From: Planctomycetota bacterium | Lineage (GTDB): Bacteria; Planctomycetota; UBA8108; SXIK01 | Assembly (NCBI GenBank): GCA_965223845.1 | Contig: CBDCXR010000004.1 | Span: forward strand, 2,944,001-3,008,000 | Length of the DNA stretch: 64,000 nt | Reading direction: 5' to 3' | Part shown: positions 59,747 through 64,000 of the stretch, one piece after another | How the letters are laid out: every line of letters starts with the position of its first letter | How positions within the stretch are numbered: position 1 is the first letter of the stretch | Program-made: the position numbers and the translations under genes | Notes under the pieces: model-generated | What the model was told of the DNA's origin: nothing | What the model saw: only the letters and a program-made list of their open reading frames with translations | The model's database searches: none

Positions 59747-60850
59747 TCAGCGCGCCAACCCGATCGGGTTCAGCTTCTCCTTGAGCAGAACCAACGGGCT
59801 TCTACCGGAGGCCAAGAATCCCAGCCTACGGCTCTCGAGATCAAGAACGACGATTTGATCGCCGAGCTGATAAACCACCAGGTCACCGGGCAGCACCGTC
59901 GCGTTTCGAGTCCGCCAGGCAACGGTCGGGACCTCGAGACCGATCGCAACGCGCGATTGCGCGTTGCTCACGATTAGCCCTTGCCTGGCCCAATAGCCCA
60001 TTCGCACGGTCCTGCCGCGCTCGGTTTCCTCGCGAAAATCCCACGCCTCACCGAACAGATCCGTACGAGCTTCTAGCGCGACCGCTCTCCACTGCTCGGC
60101 GGATACAACGAATCCCAAATCAACCGACTTTCCGCGGCTCCAGCCACGGATGCGGTAGGTGTCGTTGGCCGTGTCCACCTGGGCGTGCAAGTCGGAATGG
60201 CTCCCGTCGAGTGACAGAGCAATCCGCCGATCCGAGCCGTTCAGTCGGATCCGATAGAGATCGCCGTCTTCGGGCGAAAGGAACAAGACTTCGGCCGTCG
60301 CGGGCAGTGAAGGAACGAGCTCCTCAGACGCTTCGAGCTCTGTATAGAGCGTGGTATCACTCGCGCTCAGATAAAACCAAACGAGAGCAGCGTAGGAGAG
60401 AACATGAACCGCGGCCGTCGCAAGCAGAGATTTCGAAGCCGCGTTCGGACGTCGCCGAATGAGCGAAAAGCAAAAGGGCCATTCGACGATGATAGTGGCG
60501 AGGAATGTCGTTAGGGCGAGAACACAAAGGTATTGCGGAAGGTAGTAAAAGAGCGTCGCCGGGGCCAATGACGCATTCGCGAATTCGCCGAGCCGAGGGA
60601 CGGTGAACACTCCGATCAGCGACGACGCGTAGTTGGCGGCGATCATGATCCCGACCGCCTTTGCGATTCCGACCTTAAGGATTCGTCCGAGCACGCATCC
60701 TTCGACCACCGCGATGATCAGGTTCCCGACGAGCAGGTGAATTAAGGGCGCCCACATGAGTGGGGTTCCCATGTTCGCGAGCGCCACATTCGGACACAGA
60801 ACTATTAGAGCCACCGCTGCTAAGCTCGACCTGCGTCTCAAGTCGCTCAC
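59747..60850 (-). CDS. Hypothetical membrane protein (signal + 4-5 TM helices + beta-rich C-terminal domain)
   Basis: Long ORF with hydrophobic helices (LIHLLVGNLIIAVVEG, IMIAANYASS, TIIVEWPF); more A/T-ending codons than its neighbours. Confidence 0.75.
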   Translation of the reverse strand: MSDLRRRSSLAAVALIVLCPNVALANMGTPLMWAPLIHLLVGNLIIAVVEGCVLGRILKVGIAKAVGIMIAANYASSLIGVFTVPRLGEFANASLAPATLFYYLPQYLCVLALTTFLATIIVEWPFCFSLIRRRPNAASKSLLATAAVHVLSYAALVWFYLSASDTTLYTELEASEELVPSLPATAEVLFLSPEDGDLYRIRLNGSDRRIALSLDGSHSDLHAQVDTANDTYRIRGWSRGKSVDLGFVVSAEQWRAVALEARTDLFGEAWDFREETERGRTVRMGYWARQGLIVSNAQSRVAIGLEVPTVAWRTRNATVLPGDLVVYQLGDQIVVLDLESRRLGFLASGRSPLVLLKEKLNPIGLAR

Positions 60851-61076
60851 CGCTCTCGATCGGGTTGCGTGTTCTAGCTGCGACTCGTCATCTTACTGCG
60901 ACGTTCGCCACTCGCCAGCACAGGGCGGCAGAAGGCGCAGCGCCGATACGATACTCCCGGGAAATCGTCAAGAACGAAGCTCCGGGGGACGACGACCGGA
61001 CCGAGAGAGAAGAGTTCCGTTCCTGACGGTGATCTCGTCCTGTTCTCGTTTGGCGCCGACGTCGATCGTCCACACG

Positions 61077-63392
61077 TCAAGGAGCCCAAATCGTCGCCCC
61101 GATATACCGCTCCCCCCGCGGCGCATCGTGCAAGTAATAGACCGTCACGATCTTCCCGTCCGGCCGCTCGACCGTCCGCACATAGCCCGTGTCGCGTCCG
61201 CCGCAATCCGTTCGCAGAAGGATCGTCGGTGACCACGTGCGCCCGCCATCGTCGCTCAGCTTCGCGCGGATTCCAAAGGGCGGCGCACGGTAGCCGTACG
61301 TGAGACACAGCCGCCCGTCGCGGAGGCGGATCAGGCTCGGCGGGTTTCCCTCGCCGTTATTTGGAACGGGGATTCCCGCGGGCGCCCAGCTCGCTCCCCC
61401 ATCGACTGATCGGTACGTCTCGATGAATCTTCGCCGCCCCTCGCGACGCCGAACCGCGGTGAGAAACTCTTCGGCTCCGAGGCGCACGCTCGACGGCATG
61501 ATCGCGAAGCCTTCCGGCTCGGGTCCGATCGACCCGACGAGTTCCCAGGTCTTGCCGCCGTCCTTCGTGCGGGCGCTGACCGGGCGACCTTCGCGATCGT
61601 TCGCCTTCGCGGCCGTGAGGAACACCATGCAGTCGTGCTTTCCGAGGACGATGTAGTCTGTGCGTGCCGCGATCCCCTTCGTTCCGAGATCGGGAAAACG
61701 AAACGGACCGCTCCACGTCTTCCCGCGATCCGTCGAGTGCGAGAACCACGACGGCCCGCGGTGGTGGTTCGTCATGCGGATCGTGAACGCGAAGTCGGGA
61801 TGGTCGAACTCGATTCCCCCCGGGCAGTCCACCGGCTCCTTGTAATCGAGGTACGGCGCGGGAATCCCGTGAAGGGCGGGGCCCGTCGGGACGAGAAACC
61901 CGAGCGCGCCCGGATGCTCGAGCGACCACGTCTCGCCGCCGTCGAGACTGCGGGCGAGCCAATGCTCTTCCGGCTTCTCCGGATCGATCGCGTGCCGCCT
62001 CGGCCCGAGGTCGCGGGAGAATCCGACGCCGAATCCGACGAGGATTTCGTTCCCCCACGACCAAATACCGTGGTTCGCCGGCCAACCGCCAAAGCGTCCG
62101 CGCACGCGGAAGACTGCGCGATGGTCGACAAAGCTCGGCGGGCGCGACGCGCCGCGACCTCGGCTCTCCGTCGCACTGGCTGCGTCAGCGATCGGAGCTT
62201 GCCAGGAATGCGCGGGCTCGACATCTGCGAACGGCGTACGATCGAACCGACGCCCGTCCGGCGGCTCCTTCCCGTAGAACTCGCGATTCATGAACGCGAG
62301 GAGCGTCTGCCAATCTTCCACCAATTGATCGTGCTTGCCCTCGCGAAGAGCGATGCCGTTTCGATGCCCCGCACCGAGGAAGTTGAACACCTCCTGCGCC
62401 GCGACGAACGTCTGCTGCGTCCCGAGCGGATTCGCCCAGAGATCGTCCCGCGCCTCCGTCGAAAGAAGCGCTCGCGGTGCGACGAGCGCCTTGAGGAAAT
62501 GCTGATCGATCGGAAGCTGCGCCTCGCGTCCGGCAAATGCGCGGAGCCGCGGATGGAACCAGTAGCCGAACCGCTCGGGCTCGGTGATCTTCCCGAGCGT
62601 CTCGGACCGCGGCCCTTGGACTCGGAAGCACCCCGCGCCGCCGGCGCCGGATCCGTTCGGAGCGACGAGCGCGATCCGCTCATCGAGCGCGCCCGCGAGA
62701 AGCGCAGTTTTTCCGCCGCGCGAATGTCCCGTCGTTGCGATACGATTCGGATCGACCTCGGGGCGCGTGAGGAGATAGTTGACGACACACGAAGTCCCCC
62801 ACGCCCAAACGGCGATCGTCCCCCAGTCGTGCTCGGGATACGCCGACTGTGCCGGGCCGACGACGTCGCGCCGATCGGGATCGAGATCCTCGCGGTTGTA
62901 CTCGCAGACGATGTAGCCGTTCTGGATCAGCTCCTTCGCGATCGGGACGTGACCCGCTCCGCGGTCGTTCTTGATGATGACGGCGAACGGGCCTTCGCGT
63001 TTCGGCACGAGCAAACCGACGTTCATTCGGATCGCGTGCCCCGGCCCCATCGCGAGGACGAGTCGCTCTTCGATCGCAGCACCGCCGTCGACGACCCGCG
63101 TCGTTCGCTCGGCCACGGTGATGTTGTCCGGCACCCGAGGCATCGAGCCGTACTCGTAGTAGAGAATCGCACTCTTCATCTCTTCGCGTCGAAGCTCCCA
63201 GTCCGCGCGCGTCGAGACGCGCGATCCGTCGACGAACCGAAACGGGTCGGGTAGCTCTTCGATCGCCGGGAGGGGTCCGGTCGGGGGAAGATACGGCCGA
63301 CGCTCGTCGTCGGCTCTGACAGACGGATTCGAGGCGAGCGCGAGTAGCACCGAGGCGAGAAGCGTCGAATGGCGAGGGAACACTGCGGACAC
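61077..63392 (-). CDS. CE15 glucuronyl-esterase-like hydrolase fused to a BNR/Asp-box sialidase-like propeller
   Basis: GTG start after GAGGTGG; signal peptide; WGTIAVWAWG, TTGHSRGGK, LPIDQH; Asp-boxes SLDGGETWS, STDRGKTWS, TKDGGKTWE, SVDGGASWA, SDDGGRTWS. Confidence 0.87.
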   Translation of the reverse strand: MSAVFPRHSTLLASVLLALASNPSVRADDERRPYLPPTGPLPAIEELPDPFRFVDGSRVSTRADWELRREEMKSAILYYEYGSMPRVPDNITVAERTTRVVDGGAAIEERLVLAMGPGHAIRMNVGLLVPKREGPFAVIIKNDRGAGHVPIAKELIQNGYIVCEYNREDLDPDRRDVVGPAQSAYPEHDWGTIAVWAWGTSCVVNYLLTRPEVDPNRIATTGHSRGGKTALLAGALDERIALVAPNGSGAGGAGCFRVQGPRSETLGKITEPERFGYWFHPRLRAFAGREAQLPIDQHFLKALVAPRALLSTEARDDLWANPLGTQQTFVAAQEVFNFLGAGHRNGIALREGKHDQLVEDWQTLLAFMNREFYGKEPPDGRRFDRTPFADVEPAHSWQAPIADAASATESRGRGASRPPSFVDHRAVFRVRGRFGGWPANHGIWSWGNEILVGFGVGFSRDLGPRRHAIDPEKPEEHWLARSLDGGETWSLEHPGALGFLVPTGPALHGIPAPYLDYKEPVDCPGGIEFDHPDFAFTIRMTNHHRGPSWFSHSTDRGKTWSGPFRFPDLGTKGIAARTDYIVLGKHDCMVFLTAAKANDREGRPVSARTKDGGKTWELVGSIGPEPEGFAIMPSSVRLGAEEFLTAVRRREGRRRFIETYRSVDGGASWAPAGIPVPNNGEGNPPSLIRLRDGRLCLTYGYRAPPFGIRAKLSDDGGRTWSPTILLRTDCGGRDTGYVRTVERPDGKIVTVYYLHDAPRGERYIGATIWAP

Positions 63393-63418
63393 GGAACCAC
63401 CTCGAGTGAAGACGAGCC

Positions 63419-64000
63419 CTACATTCGCCGGCGAATCTTGAGGAATCCCGTGAGCACTTTGATCGCAAGGAGTGACGTCATTCCCCACAGGATCCAGTCG
63501 AGGCTGGCCGGCCACAGGTACACCTCGACGGGAAACCAAGCGTAGACGAAGATCCGCGGACGAACCAGCCACGCGTACGGAATCGCGAGCGCGTTTCGCA
63601 CCATCGCGAAGACGACGACGAGCAGATAGAGGAAGATGTAGAGACTCCCAGGCCACACGCCCGCGTGCCCGGCGTGGATCATCGTGATCGCGCTCAATGT
63701 GACAACGATCTGGTCCGCCATCGTGTCCGTGAACGAGCCGCGGCTGGAGGCGCGCCCGGTGTAGCGAGCGAGGGGGCCGTCGATCCCGTCGAGGAGAAGG
63801 TGGAGGACGAGGAGCCCAAACGCGACCGCCGAGTCTCCCCAGAGGAGAACGGGACAGAACGCGATCCCGCTGAGGAGCGACGCGGCGGTTAGTGCATTCG
63901 GCGTCACACGAAGCCGAACGAGCACGTCTAGGAGCGGCCGGAGCCAACGTCCACGCAGAGCTTGCGACCCGTCCATGAATCCGCCTTCGCCGGCGGAGTA
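63419..64000 (-). CDS. CDP-alcohol phosphatidyltransferase family protein; probably 5'-partial
   Basis: VTPNALT and LDGIDGPLAR...SSRGSFTDTMAD signature; the frame is open to the window edge. Confidence 0.9.
   Translation of the reverse strand, partial: YSAGEGGFMDGSQALRGRWLRPLLDVLVRLRVTPNALTAASLLSGIAFCPVLLWGDSAVAFGLLVLHLLLDGIDGPLARYTGRASSRGSFTDTMADQIVVTLSAITMIHAGHAGVWPGSLYIFLYLLVVVFAMVRNALAIPYAWLVRPRIFVYAWFPVEVYLWPASLDWILWGMTSLLAIKVLTGFLKIRRRM

Noticed and set aside
63393-63947. N-terminal extension of the CE15-sialidase ORF
   Set aside because: It overlaps the CDP-alcohol phosphatidyltransferase gene in another frame; RBS and signal peptide support 63392.

Overview
High-GC bacterial DNA that is almost certainly Planctomycetota. 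The support is DUF1549/DUF1553 + DUF1501 pairs, a DUF1552/DUF1592 pair, a PVC-type CxxCH protein, a TIGR02999-like ECF sigma factor, and CotH/lamin-tail proteins, one with a dockerin-like tail. About 36 clear genes plus 1-2 small ORFs are present, mostly exported proteins for carbohydrate/sulfate-ester degradation and periplasmic redox: 4 Gfo/Idh/MocA oxidoreductases, 2 Cys-type sulfatases, 2 CE15-like esterase fusions, DUF1080 and a TIM-barrel isomerase. I saw no rRNA, tRNA, CRISPR array or intact transposase, and most long ORFs in the track are antisense/shadow frames. The best novelty candidate is 31138-32679: a lipoprotein with a signal peptide whose motif order matches the gasdermin pore-forming fold, with no adjacent protease, followed by an unannotated 56-aa gene with a strong RBS. 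Other notable items are a dispersed REP/MITE-like repeat family (55307-55611 and 14894-14982), a 101-bp TIR element (3344-3444), a phosphorylation-type ECF sigma lacking its kinase, and a tandem cyclase with complementary loss of metal ligands. All family calls come from motif recognition by eye; no database searches were run.
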